Source: an uncultured Phycisphaerales bacterium (GTDB lineage: Bacteria; Planctomycetota; Phycisphaerae; Sedimentisphaerales; Anaerobacaceae). Taken from it: 64,000 bases of DNA. Shown here piece after piece: positions 22,788-33,285 of the stretch (position 1 is its first letter; the number at the start of each line of letters is the position of its first letter). The stretch is taken from positions 448,001 to 512,000 of the forward strand of contig CAVYYI010000003.1 of the NCBI GenBank assembly GCA_963772725.1. Reading direction: 5' to 3'. The notes beneath the pieces were generated by a model. The model saw only the letters and a list, made by a program, of their open reading frames with translations. It was not told the DNA's origin and ran no database searches. Made by a program: the position numbers and the translations under genes.

Positions 22788-22802
22788 GCAAAATATGTGC
22801 CA
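22788..22802 (-). promoter_or_regulatory. Sigma-54 (-24/-12) promoter of hsp20
   Basis: Minus strand TGGCAC-ATATT-TTGC matches TGGCAC-N5-TTGC exactly. Confidence 0.75.
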
Positions 22803-22969
22803 GTGTGCTGACCTTTTCTAATCATTAAAATCCGCCGAAATTACGCCTTTGAATACTGCAAAAACTGCCTCCAAACTGCCAATTTGACACTATTTTGCTT
22901 GTCTGTCAGCAACTCAACATTTTTGAAAAATTTGACTTTTTCCTCCGTTTGACTGATAATCGCTCGTTT

Positions 22970-23541
22970 ATGAATATCGTTAATACTCTTATACCGGTTT
23001 TTTGCATAATCGCACTCGGGGCGGTGCTGCGAAAGATGCGTTTTATGTCAGCGGATTTCGTTCGCGGGCTCAATAAGCTTACGTACTGGGTAGGCCTGGC
23101 GTGCCTGCTGTTTTATACTATCGCCGATGTTTCCTATAATTATCAGGTCGCAGGCAAAACATTCCTGGTTGTTTTTATCGGGACGCTGGTATGTGTCGCG
23201 GCTGGTTATGTCTTCGCGTTTTTGCTTCGTCTTGGCGCGGCATCGATAGGTACATTTGTTCAGGGGCCAGCCGTGCGAATCTCGCTTATGTGGGATTGCC
23301 CATAATATTTTACAGCTTTTCCCACAGCAACGCTGATATGGCCAAAATAGGCGCGATAATGGCGATAACGCTTGCCATCATTGAGCCGATTTACAATGTT
23401 ATCAGTGTTGTTACGCTTCTGGGCAGCCAGCATAAAATCGACCGGTATGTACCGGGAAAAATATTTCGCCAGATAATAAAAAATCCGCTGAAAAAAATGA
23501 GTAGGTTATTGCCATTTATTTGCTTGTGCTGTAAAATCTGA
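22970..23541 (+). pseudogene. AEC (auxin efflux carrier)-family transporter, N-terminal half only
   Basis: 'IPVFCIIALG', 'LNKLTYWVGL', 'ANLAYVGLPI'; homology breaks off at 'IIKNPL' (~23490), so the second repeat is missing. Confidence 0.65.
23509..23537 (+). promoter_or_regulatory. Sigma-70-like promoter upstream of the small ORF and P-ATPase
   Basis: TTGCCA-N17-TAAAAT. Confidence 0.6.
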
Positions 23542-23599
23542 CCTTAGAAAAAGAGTCCCACCGAAATAAAGTAAGATTTGGGATGGAAAGGAGATTAAT

Positions 23600-23695
23600 A
23601 TGCTTTTGATAAGCACTTGGCAATGGGGTCTTATCGGTGTGGGTGCTGTAATTCTGGTTGTCGCCATTGTAATGAAAATGAAAGGACAAAGTTAG
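23600..23695 (+). CDS. 31-aa single-TM small protein (not in ORF track)
   Basis: AAAGGAG RBS, then MLLISTWQWGLIGVGAVILVVAIVMKMKGQS-stop: one hydrophobic helix with a basic C-tail. Confidence 0.65.
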   Translation: MLLISTWQWGLIGVGAVILVVAIVMKMKGQS

Positions 23696-23775
23696 CCCGG
23701 CAGCGACTTTGGCAAACTATTCCTGACCGATTAGTAAAAGCCCGCGATGAAGAAGGGAATAAAACTCATACTAAT

Positions 23776-26322
23776 ATGCAAACAGATGATTTAGATATTA
23801 AAAACATCAGCGGTCTTTCAGAAAAAGAGGTTCAGGAGCGTCTCAACAAGGAAGGTTATAACGAACTTCCCTCAATGAAGCCCAGAAGTGTTTTTGCCAT
23901 CGCTTTTGAGGTTATTAAAGAGCCGATGTTTTTGCTGCTTGTCGCCTGCGGCACAATTTACCTGCTGACAGGCGAGTTTCAGGATGCGTCCCTGCTTTTG
24001 GGATTTGTGTTTGTTGTAATGGGTATCACTCTTTACCAGGAGCGTAAAACCGAGAGAGCGATTGAGGCTTTACGGGATTTAACCAGTCCGCGAGCGTTGG
24101 TAATAAGAGACGGTATTCAAAAAAGAATCGCCGGCCGTGAAGTCGTTCGCGGGGACATTCTTATATTAACCGAAGGCGACCGTGTGCCGGCAGATGCCAT
24201 TATACTGTGGTCTCGAAATCTGACCGCGGATGAATCACTCCTCACGGGGGAATCAGTGGCTGTACGCAAACAGCCAGCCAGTTCCGTTGAAAATATGAAA
24301 AGACCAGGCGGAGAAGATACGCCTTTTATTTATTCGGGCACACTCATCGTACAGGGTCAAGGACTGGCCAGAGTTGCGGCAACAGGCGCCGCAACTGAAA
24401 TCGGCAAAATCGGCAAATCGCTGCAGACATTGAAGCAGGAAAGAACACCGCTGCAAATTGAAACCGGAATAATGGTTCGCAATCTTGCCGCTGCCGGACT
24501 TCTTTTATGTTTGATAGTTTTAGTAATATATGGTCTCACGCGGCATAACTGGTATGGCGGGACACTCGCCGGTTTAACATTGGCTATGTCGATATTGCCC
24601 GAAGAGCTGCCCGTAATACTGACGATATTTCTCGCTATGGGGGCATGGCGCATTTCGCAAAACAGGGTGCTTACCAGGCGCATTCCCGCCGTTGAAACCC
24701 TCGGGGCGGCAACCGCTCTATGCGTTGATAAGACCGGCACTCTTACAATGAACCGGATGTCGGTGAGTAAAATCTGCGCCAACGATGAGTTTTACGATGT
24801 CCGAAGCCGGAAAAAAGAACCCTTGCCTGAAAGATTCCACGAGGTTCTTGAATTCGGTATTTTAGCCAGTAAGCGCGACCCATTCGACCCGATGGAAAAA
24901 GCCCTTAAGCAATTAGGCGACCAGAAACTTTCCGACACCGAGCATCTGCATTTCGACTGGACACTCGTGCAGGAATATCCGCTATCGCATAACCTGCTGG
25001 CGTTATCGCACGTTTGGCAGGCAAAAGGCAGCAGCGAATATGTTATCGCCGCCAAAGGCGCCCCTGAAGCGATTGCCGATTTATGTCACCTGGATAAATC
25101 CCAAACAGATAAAATTATTCAAGCCGTTACAACGATGGCCAACGAGGGTTTGCGTGTACTGGGGATCGCGGCAACATCTTTCAACCACCATATTCTCCCT
25201 GAGCAGCAGCACGATTTTACATATAAATTCATTGGACTTGTCGGTTTGTCCGACCCTGTCAGACCAGGCGTTGCAGAAGCCGTAAAAGAATGCTACGAGG
25301 GTGGAATACGCATTTTAATGATAACAGGAGATTATCCCGGTACTGCGCAGAATATAGCACGGGAAATAGGACTTAAGCCCGCAGATGATGTCATAACAGG
25401 CTATGAACTCGAAAAAATGTCTGACAGCGAACTTAGGGAACGTATAAAAACAGTAAGTATTTTCGCCCGGGTTGTTCCGGAACAGAAACTTCAAATAGTA
25501 AATGCCCTCAAGGCAAATGGCGAAATTGTCGCCATGACCGGCGACGGTGTCAACGACGCTCCAGCGCTCAAATCGGCCCATATCGGTGTGGCGATGGGAG
25601 GCAGAGGCACAGACGTCGCGCGGGAGGCATCAGCCATCGTGCTGCTCGATGATAATTTTTCCTCGATTGTTCACGCGGTAAAATTGGGACGGCAGATTTT
25701 CGATAATATAAAAAAGGCAATCGGCTATGTCTTCGCTGTTCACGTCCCGATAGCGGGTATGTCCCTGATACCTGTGCTTCTGGGCTGGCCCCTGGTGCTG
25801 CTGCCGGTGCATATCGTGTTTCTCGAACTTATTATCGACCCGACATGTTCGATTATTTTCGAGGCCGAATTGCCTGAAAAAAATATAATGAAGCGAAAAC
25901 CCAGAAACCCAAAAGAACCTTTGTTCCGCAGGCGAATGGTCGAAATAAGCGTTTTGCAGGGAATAGTTGTGCTGCTTGTTGTGCTGGCTGTTTTCGGAGT
26001 TACAAAGTATTTGTCGCGAAACGAAAATGAGGCAAGAGCGCTGACTTTTACAACGCTTATAATCTCCAATCTTGGCCTTATTCTGACAAACCGCTCGTGG
26101 TCACAAACCATATTTTCGATGCTTCGTTCCCCGAACAAAGCCTTATGGTGGGTAATAGGCGGAGCGACAGCGATGCTCGCCGCCGTGCTTTACGTTCCCA
26201 TTCTGCAGAATATCTTTAAATTTTCAATACTGCACCCGCTCAACCTGGTAATATGTTTTGTTCTTGGCGTAAGCAGTATTCTCTGGTTTGAACTAATGAA
26301 GGTTTTTCAGAAAAGCAGATAA
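23776..26322 (+). CDS. P-type cation-transporting ATPase (P2/Ca2+-type-like)
   Basis: 'LTGES', 'PEELP', 'DKTGT', 'KGAPE', 'TGDGVNDAPAL'; start placed at MQTDD. Confidence 0.95.
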   Translation: MQTDDLDIKNISGLSEKEVQERLNKEGYNELPSMKPRSVFAIAFEVIKEPMFLLLVACGTIYLLTGEFQDASLLLGFVFVVMGITLYQERKTERAIEALRDLTSPRALVIRDGIQKRIAGREVVRGDILILTEGDRVPADAIILWSRNLTADESLLTGESVAVRKQPASSVENMKRPGGEDTPFIYSGTLIVQGQGLARVAATGAATEIGKIGKSLQTLKQERTPLQIETGIMVRNLAAAGLLLCLIVLVIYGLTRHNWYGGTLAGLTLAMSILPEELPVILTIFLAMGAWRISQNRVLTRRIPAVETLGAATALCVDKTGTLTMNRMSVSKICANDEFYDVRSRKKEPLPERFHEVLEFGILASKRDPFDPMEKALKQLGDQKLSDTEHLHFDWTLVQEYPLSHNLLALSHVWQAKGSSEYVIAAKGAPEAIADLCHLDKSQTDKIIQAVTTMANEGLRVLGIAATSFNHHILPEQQHDFTYKFIGLVGLSDPVRPGVAEAVKECYEGGIRILMITGDYPGTAQNIAREIGLKPADDVITGYELEKMSDSELRERIKTVSIFARVVPEQKLQIVNALKANGEIVAMTGDGVNDAPALKSAHIGVAMGGRGTDVAREASAIVLLDDNFSSIVHAVKLGRQIFDNIKKAIGYVFAVHVPIAGMSLIPVLLGWPLVLLPVHIVFLELIIDPTCSIIFEAELPEKNIMKRKPRNPKEPLFRRRMVEISVLQGIVVLLVVLAVFGVTKYLSRNENEARALTFTTLIISNLGLILTNRSWSQTIFSMLRSPNKALWWVIGGATAMLAAVLYVPILQNIFKFSILHPLNLVICFVLGVSSILWFELMKVFQKSR

Positions 26323-26359
26323 CCGTGATGTTTCCCTCTGATACCTTTTCGTCATAACC

Positions 26360-28010
26360 TCACGCTCTTTGCAATGCTTCGCTGTAAACGATTTTTTTGA
26401 TGGCATTGAAAGCTTCTATAACCACCACAAAAGCCAGCAGGAGTAATACGCCGGCGATTATGCCCACCACGGAAAATTTATACTGTTTGAGAAGCAGTAT
26501 CAGCGCCCAGATTGTTATGAAGTTCATAAATATCATAGGCACAAGAACGAAGAATGTTTTTTTGCCTTTGCTTTTCAGCCAGATGGCGATTACGAGAAGC
26601 ACCAAGCCCGCCAAAAGCTGATTGGTTGCCCCGAACACGGGCCAGATGGCTTTCCACGCCGGAATTATCTTGCCGCTCGTGTCTTTTAGCGTAATCAGGA
26701 CAAATATTGTCGGCAGTACAAGCGTGGCCACTGTTGACAGATACCGCCATTTTGTTTCTTTGAGTCCGAAAAATTCTTCAAAAATATATCGGCCTAATCT
26801 CGTGGCCGTATCGAGCGTAGTGAGGATAAATGTAGATAAAGCAAGCAGTCCGAATGAAAAACCCAGTTTTTCAGGCATACCGAAAACCGAAAGGAATTTT
26901 CCCATTCCTGTCCCATAGATTACCAATGGCGCTTTTGTAGTGAGGGGGTCGCCTTTTGCGAGCATAGCAACCGTTGCCAGCGCAACAACCGCGACGATTC
27001 CCTCGATAAGCATCGCGCCGTAACCGATGGTTTTGGCGTCCGATTCCTTATTGAGCTGCTTTGAAGTCGTTCCCGATGCGACAATTGAATGAAAACCCGA
27101 ACATGCGCCGCACGCTACAGTAATAAACAGAATTGGAAACAAGCCTCCAAGCTGTGAATCTGTCCATGTTGTAAAAAAAGACTGTTGCAAAGCGAATCCG
27201 CCGAATAATATACCGGCAAAGCCGCCGATGACAGAGGCATATAAAAGAAAGGATGATAAATAATCTCTCGGCTGGAGCAAAATCCAGACTGGTGTCGTCG
27301 AGGCGACAAAACAGTAAATAATCAGGAAAATATCCCACGTCTTTGCAGTATCATTGCCAATAAATTTCGGCACTATCTCGGATGAAAGAGGAATCTTCTG
27401 GCCAAACCACACAGCAGCAAAAACGAGAGGCACAAAAATCAGAGACGACCATAATACCGGAACTTTTAATCTATATACCGAAAACCCAAAACCGACCGCC
27501 AGGGCCATAAACATAATCGAAGACGTCGCCACGCCTCCATCTTCGACAAAAGTTGTCGAAGTCAAATCTGTAAAAACGGTCAGCACATAAATAAGAGACA
27601 GCCATATAAACGCCAGCAGCAGCTTGTAAGAAAGCGGCGAAACATATTCTTTGGCTATTTCCGCGATTGAACGCGCCTTATGCCGCACCGAGGCCATCAG
27701 TGTCGAAAAATCGTGAACGCCCCCGATGAAAATCGCGCCTTATAATTACCCACAACAATACCGGAAGCCACCCAAAAGCAACCGCAGCTATGATTGGCCC
27801 CACTACAGGCCCCGCCCCGGCAATAGAAGAAAAATGATGACCGAGCAAAACAGCCTTATGTGCCGGTACGCGGTCAATTCCATCATAATCCGTATGACTC
27901 GGCGTCGGTCGATTGTCGTCAACATCGTAATGTTTTTCGAGAAAGCGACCGTAAACAAAATAAGCCCCCACAAATAAAACCGCTGCGACAAAAAGAATAC
28001 CCGCTAACAT
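26360..28010 (-). CDS. cstA: Carbon starvation protein A (frameshift near 27740)
   Basis: 'GHHFSSIAGAGP', 'LLQPRDYL', 'ACGACSGFH', 'LTTLDTATR', 'FGATNQLLA'. Confidence 0.92.
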
Positions 28011-28020
28011 TTTTTTACTC

Positions 28021-29358
28021 CTAACTTTTCCAGTCCGCATCTCTTGTTTTCGGCCGAACCATAAGTCTTATAGGTACCTCCTGTATCGGGAGCATCGATT
28101 GAAGTCTGCCGATAATAAATCTCAAATAATTTTCCTCGAACAATTCGGGGTTATTCACAAACATAAGTATCGTTACCGGGTTGGCGGCTACCTGCGTTGC
28201 GTAATAAATCTTAGGCGTTCCTCCCCTGCCGGGTTTTGATGTTCCGATTCGTTCTTCCTTGATAGCTTCGAAGGCTTTGTTCAGCTTCGGTGTCGGTATC
28301 ATTGTTATCGTCTGCTTGAATAATTCTGTCGCCAAATCAAGGACACTTTGGATATTCTTCGAATCGGTGGCTGTTGTAAAAGCAATCGGAACCGACTTTA
28401 GCTGCGAAAGGTGTTTGGTCAGATATTTCTCATAATCATCGGTCGAAGCCCTGTCCTTTGCCAGGTCCCATTTATTGATGACCAGTATGCAGGTCTTGTA
28501 CTGCTCGGCGATGAAATTGGCCAGCTTCTTATCGACCTGTGATATCGGCACCGTCGCGTCAATGAGAAACAGCACTACGTCAGCCCTGGTTATCGCCCTA
28601 GTCGCGCGGACAAAACCGTAAAATTCAATATCGTTTTCCATCTTATTTTTTTTGCGTACGCCCGCCGTATCAATGACCAGGATAATTTTGCCGTCCTTTT
28701 CAATCCGCACGTCAACTGCGTCACGCGTCGTGCCGGGTATTTCACTGACAATGACGCGTTCCTCACCCGCCATAGCGTTTACAATACTGCTTTTGCCGGC
28801 GTTTCGCTTACCGACGATGGCAAGTTTCATTACCGGTTCAGGAGGTCTTGCTGACTTGGTGATGTCGAGTCTTTTGAAAATTTCATCCAGCAGAACACCC
28901 TTATTTACATTGCTCGCCGCGGAGACACAGAGAAACTCACCGAAGCCCAGCCGGACAAATTCTCCTGCTGCAGGGAACATCGAAGATGTGTCGGCTTTAT
29001 TAGCCACACCGAGAACGTTGAGCTTTTTTCTTCGCAGAATCTGGGATATTTTTGTATCCAGCGGCGTAATACCCTCGCGAATATCTGTAACGAACAGAAC
29101 CAGCGAGGCGGAATCTATCGCCTTTTGAATCTGCTCGTGGATATGGTCGCTGAGATGGTCGGAATCCACGACGCCGTAACCACCCGTATCGACAAGCTCG
29201 ATATAGCGCTCGTCTTTTCCAATCAGGGTACTTACGCGGTCTCGTGTTACCCCTGCCGTTGGCTCAACAATGCTTATCCTCTCACCGGCCAAAGCGTTTA
29301 ACAAACTGCTTTTGCCAACATTAGGCCGACCTATTATCGCTACAACCGGTAATCCCAT
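28021..29358 (-). CDS. der: Ribosome biogenesis GTPase Der/EngA
   Basis: Two G domains (GRPNVGKS/DTGG/NKAD; GKRNAGKS/DTAG/NKWD) plus a KH-like tail. Confidence 0.96.
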   Translation of the reverse strand: MGLPVVAIIGRPNVGKSSLLNALAGERISIVEPTAGVTRDRVSTLIGKDERYIELVDTGGYGVVDSDHLSDHIHEQIQKAIDSASLVLFVTDIREGITPLDTKISQILRRKKLNVLGVANKADTSSMFPAAGEFVRLGFGEFLCVSAASNVNKGVLLDEIFKRLDITKSARPPEPVMKLAIVGKRNAGKSSIVNAMAGEERVIVSEIPGTTRDAVDVRIEKDGKIILVIDTAGVRKKNKMENDIEFYGFVRATRAITRADVVLFLIDATVPISQVDKKLANFIAEQYKTCILVINKWDLAKDRASTDDYEKYLTKHLSQLKSVPIAFTTATDSKNIQSVLDLATELFKQTITMIPTPKLNKAFEAIKEERIGTSKPGRGGTPKIYYATQVAANPVTILMFVNNPELFEENYLRFIIGRLQSMLPIQEVPIRLMVRPKTRDADWKS

Positions 29359-29492
29359 AAGTTCCACCTGCTTCAAAATGAAAAATCATATAAAAAATTA
29401 TTATACCACAACCCCGTCCAAATCCAAAGTGAGATTTAATATATGCTCGCCTTGTGGTTTTTTCACGATTTCTGCTTAACACGGGAAATAGC

Positions 29493-30647
29493 CTAACCTC
29501 TGCGGAAAAAGTTCCCCGGCAACTGCTTTATAATCCCCTTTAGCCGAAGGGAAACAAGACCGGCGTTTATACTCCCCGGCGATAAATCCATCTCAGCGAT
29601 TATCTCCTCAAGATGCACAGGCTCATCGCCGAGACAGCCGTAAATCATTTTTTCATCATCGCTAAGGTTCAGCATACTAATATCGAATAAAGGCTTTTCA
29701 ATCTGTTCAGCGGCTGTCTGGGCCGCGCGAGAAGTATGGCTTTCCAATTGCTCGCCGATTTGGCCCAGCGCGTCCATCACGTCTTCAACCGATTCAATCA
29801 GCTTGGCCCCATCTTTTATCAATTGATGCGACCCTTTATTTAGCGGCGAATCAATCTTGCCAGGCACAGCCATTACCTCACGGTCGTTCTCCAGTGCCAT
29901 TCTCGCCGTAATCATCGCTCCCGAATTTAAACCAGCCTCGACAATAATTGTCCCCAGTGACATTCCGGCGATTATCCTGTTGCGCGAAGGGAAATTTTCC
30001 GCCAGCGGCTCATATTGCAGCGGCAACTCGCTGATACACGCGCCTGATTCGGTGATAAGCTCGAAGAGTTTTTTATTTTCAGGCGGAAATATGTTTGCCA
30101 GTCCGCAGCCCTGAACGGCTATGGTTCGCCCCTTTGCGGAAAGCGCCCCCTGATGCGCGGATGTGTCGATTCCGCGAGCCATTCCGGAGCAGACTGTAAA
30201 ACCCGCTGAGCATAATAAATGCGCAAATCGCGAAGCCTGCTCCTGTCCGTACACGCTGCACCGCCTTGAACCGACTATCGCAATTGACAGGTTGTCGCTA
30301 CGGGCTAAAGTGCCTTTGATATAAAGCACAGGCGGCGGGTCGTAAATCCGCTTCAATACAGGCGGATAACGCTCGTCATCGAGGCTGATAATCCAGACGT
30401 TGAGCTTGTCGGCCAATTCGAGTTCTGTTTTGGCGTCGAAATTATTGCGGCTGCGGGCAATCTTTTCCGCTGTTTTTGAGCCTATACCTTCAACCCGGGT
30501 CATTTCGCTGACCGATGCGCCGAGGATTTGGTCGATAGTGCCGAAATGCTTCATCAAATTCCGCAAAATTACAGGGCCGACCCCGTCAGCGCCGCTTAAA
30601 CAAAGCCATTTTTCGATATCCGCCGAACTCCGCTGTTTTTCAGACAT
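29493..30647 (-). CDS. dprA: DNA-processing protein DprA
   Basis: 'AIVGSR', 'SGMARGID', 'FPSRNRII', 'SGAMITA', C-terminal wHTH. Confidence 0.95.
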   Translation of the reverse strand: MSEKQRSSADIEKWLCLSGADGVGPVILRNLMKHFGTIDQILGASVSEMTRVEGIGSKTAEKIARSRNNFDAKTELELADKLNVWIISLDDERYPPVLKRIYDPPPVLYIKGTLARSDNLSIAIVGSRRCSVYGQEQASRFAHLLCSAGFTVCSGMARGIDTSAHQGALSAKGRTIAVQGCGLANIFPPENKKLFELITESGACISELPLQYEPLAENFPSRNRIIAGMSLGTIIVEAGLNSGAMITARMALENDREVMAVPGKIDSPLNKGSHQLIKDGAKLIESVEDVMDALGQIGEQLESHTSRAAQTAAEQIEKPLFDISMLNLSDDEKMIYGCLGDEPVHLEEIIAEMDLSPGSINAGLVSLRLKGIIKQLPGNFFRRG

Positions 30648-30802
30648 ATTACCCTTTTAAACCAAAAAAGTATGAATTTCGCTTATAAATACGGGAGATT
30701 AACATACAGACACGTTTTTGACAAGTGGACACAAAAAATAGAAGATGTTCTTTGTTCGGGATTCCAAGCGACCGGCGGCAGCTTCAGGCCGAATGACGCC
30801 AT

Positions 30803-30832
30803 AAAAAAGGTGCCTGCTAAAAACGCAGGCCC
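30803..30832 (-). terminator. Intrinsic terminator downstream of murA
   Basis: Minus strand GCCTGC-loop-GCAGGC followed by ACCTTTTTT. Confidence 0.55.
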
Positions 30833-30929
30833 CGAATTGATACAAACTAAATGCTCTAATGCGAAATTACTTCTTTTCTTCCCCAAAAGCAGGATCTGGA
30901 TGTCGGCATTTTAAGGTTTTTCGATATGA

Positions 30930-32207
30930 TTACAGACGGTCGTTTTCTCTTGTTATTTTGGCGCCAAGAGGGTTGAGCTTTTCCTCGATTTTTTCATAGC
31001 CTCTGTCAATATGATAAACCCTGTTGACAACAGTAGTTCCCTGGGCGGCTAAGCCAGCCAAAACCAAAGCGGCCGATGCCCTTAAGTCCGATGCCATTAC
31101 CGGAGCGGCAATGAGCTTTTTAACGCCGGAAATGATAACCGCGGGGCCTTCTTTTCGAAGGTTTGCAGCCATTCGGTTCAGTTCGGCGACGTGCATATAT
31201 CTATCGGGGAAAATCTTTTCGACGACAACGCTGATGCCATTGCCCATCGCGAGAAGCGCCATAAACTGTGCCTGCAAATCGGTGGGAAAGCCAGGATATG
31301 GCTGGGTGGTAATGTCGGCGGTTTTGATGTGGCCTTTCCTGGCGACTACACAGCCGCCATCATCGGATTCGACGGTAATACCTACGCTTCTTAACTTATC
31401 GACGACCGCGAGCAAATCGTCAACACGGCAATTGTTTATCTTTACCTGCCCTTTGGTTATCGCGGCGGCGACCATAAAAGTGCCGGCCTCAATCCTGTCG
31501 GGAATAACCTTGTATTCGACCGGATGCATTTCCTTTACACCTTCAATGACAAGCCGCGGAGAACCTATGCCGCTTATTTTTGCGCCCATCGCGTTAAGAT
31601 AATTCGCCAGGTCAGCGACTTCCGGTTCGCAGGCGGCCGACTCAATGACGGTTTTTCCTCTTGCCAGAGAAGCGGCCATCATCACATTGGCGGTACCGAG
31701 AACAGTAGAGCCGAACGAACCGCCGAGAAAAATATTTTTGCCTCTAAGGCCCTTTGCGGGTGCCTCTGCGACGATATAGCCATTTTTGAGATGTATCTTT
31801 GCGCCAAGTTCCTGCAAACCCCTGATGTGAATATCGACCGGCCTGTCGCCGATAGCGCAGCCTCCGGGCATCGAGACTTCCGCTCTGCCGCAACGGGCGA
31901 CCAGGGGGCCGAGAATGCAGATACTGGCCCTCATTTTTCGGACAATCTCGTAATCGCCGACAGGATTATCGACGGTTGAGGCGTCGATGCACATATCGCC
32001 GTTGTCTTTTCTGTCCGTTTTGCAGCCTAACGAATTGAGCAGCTCGCATAACACGGAGATGTCCGAGAGATTGGGAATACTTTTGAGAATCGATTGGCCG
32101 GGGGCTAAAATTGCCGCGGCCATTATCGGCAGGGACGCATTTTTAGAACCGTTTACAGAAACACTCCCGGAAAGTCTGACCGGGCCTTCAATCTTAAATA
32201 TGTCCAT
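30930..32207 (-). CDS. murA: UDP-N-acetylglucosamine 1-carboxyvinyltransferase
   Basis: 'GSKNASLP', 'PGGCAIGDRPVD', 'PGFPTDLQ', 'HIDRGYE'. Confidence 0.97.
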   Translation of the reverse strand: MDIFKIEGPVRLSGSVSVNGSKNASLPIMAAAILAPGQSILKSIPNLSDISVLCELLNSLGCKTDRKDNGDMCIDASTVDNPVGDYEIVRKMRASICILGPLVARCGRAEVSMPGGCAIGDRPVDIHIRGLQELGAKIHLKNGYIVAEAPAKGLRGKNIFLGGSFGSTVLGTANVMMAASLARGKTVIESAACEPEVADLANYLNAMGAKISGIGSPRLVIEGVKEMHPVEYKVIPDRIEAGTFMVAAAITKGQVKINNCRVDDLLAVVDKLRSVGITVESDDGGCVVARKGHIKTADITTQPYPGFPTDLQAQFMALLAMGNGISVVVEKIFPDRYMHVAELNRMAANLRKEGPAVIISGVKKLIAAPVMASDLRASAALVLAGLAAQGTTVVNRVYHIDRGYEKIEEKLNPLGAKITRENDRL

Positions 32208-32282
32208 ATTCTATTTTCCTTTAAAGTCTTGTGCTAATATAATACAAGGCTGTTTTAGTTGCAAGGCGAAGAAAGTATAAAA

Positions 32283-33131
32283 ATGAATATTGCGGAAATA
32301 ATCGAAGAATTATCGAATACGGTCAGCATAGCGGATATCGCGATTCTGCTGCCGGGGATAATACTGCTTATTACATGGCTGATGGTAACGTCTTTCGGCA
32401 CAAAAGCTCTTGTGGATTCGGCGCCGCGAAGAAATAATATGCCGCTTTATATGCCCTTTGTGCCGTTTTTTGTTGCATTTTTGATTACTCCTTCGGCTGC
32501 AGTCATTCTTAAGGAAATGCTGCCCAATTTGAATAAGGGGCAGGAAGCAGCGTTGCTGAATCTTGTTGCCTGCATTGGTTCGGCCGCTGCGATAATCATA
32601 GCACTTTTGATAGCAAAAAAATATTTCGTGCGCGGGCCGGTCGGTTTGGGCTTGAGATTAAAAACAATCGCAAAAGATTTCCCGATGGCAATTGTAAATC
32701 TGGTTACGGTTATGCCGGCAGTTTTAATTGCGCTGGGATTGACAATTTTGTTCGGAAAACTTATCTATGGTCAGGATTTTAAAATTGAGGAACATGCTGA
32801 ACTCGAACTTTTAACAAAATACCCTGAGCTGTATATTCGCGTCATAATCGTCGTAACAACTGTGGTTGCGGCTCCCATATTTGAAGAAATGGTGTTTCGG
32901 GGTTTGTTTCAAACGATGATAAGATCGGTTCTTGTCAAACCCTGGCGGTCGATTTTTGTAACGTCATTACTGTTCGCAATAGTTCACGCCAATCCGGAGC
33001 ATTGGCCGGCGTTGTTTGGCCTGTCATGCTGTATCGGCTATTCTTATGAAAAAAGCGGGTCTCTCTTTCGCCCCATCTTTGTCCATGCGTTGTTCAACGC
33101 GACAAGTATAGTTACAGTGCTGAACCAATGA
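32283..33131 (+). CDS. CPBP (Abi/CAAX) intramembrane protease
   Basis: 'EEMVFRG', 'FAIVH', 'HALFN'. Confidence 0.9.
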   Translation: MNIAEIIEELSNTVSIADIAILLPGIILLITWLMVTSFGTKALVDSAPRRNNMPLYMPFVPFFVAFLITPSAAVILKEMLPNLNKGQEAALLNLVACIGSAAAIIIALLIAKKYFVRGPVGLGLRLKTIAKDFPMAIVNLVTVMPAVLIALGLTILFGKLIYGQDFKIEEHAELELLTKYPELYIRVIIVVTTVVAAPIFEEMVFRGLFQTMIRSVLVKPWRSIFVTSLLFAIVHANPEHWPALFGLSCCIGYSYEKSGSLFRPIFVHALFNATSIVTVLNQ

Positions 33132-33285
33132 TTTACTTAGCAGCATAAAATTCAGGAGCTTTTAGATTAATTGTGTTTTCTTGTATTCATTCATGACAAA
33201 AATACTCTATACTCTCTGACCCTACCCCCAGCGATGCCGAAAGGAGTTCTGCGGCGGAATTTAAGCAGATTAATACCGCTGCTTC

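Noticed and set aside
23617..23775. Cys-rich N-terminal extension of the P-type ATPase ('CGCCNSGCRHC') as a metal-binding domain
   Set aside because: It is the off-frame reading of the 31-aa membrane ORF, starts at a TTG lacking a properly spaced RBS, and ATPase homology begins at about 23776.
30672..30914. 80-aa and 67-aa ORFs between dprA and murA
   Set aside because: The region is explained by the murA terminator and a likely dprA promoter; the translations look non-coding.
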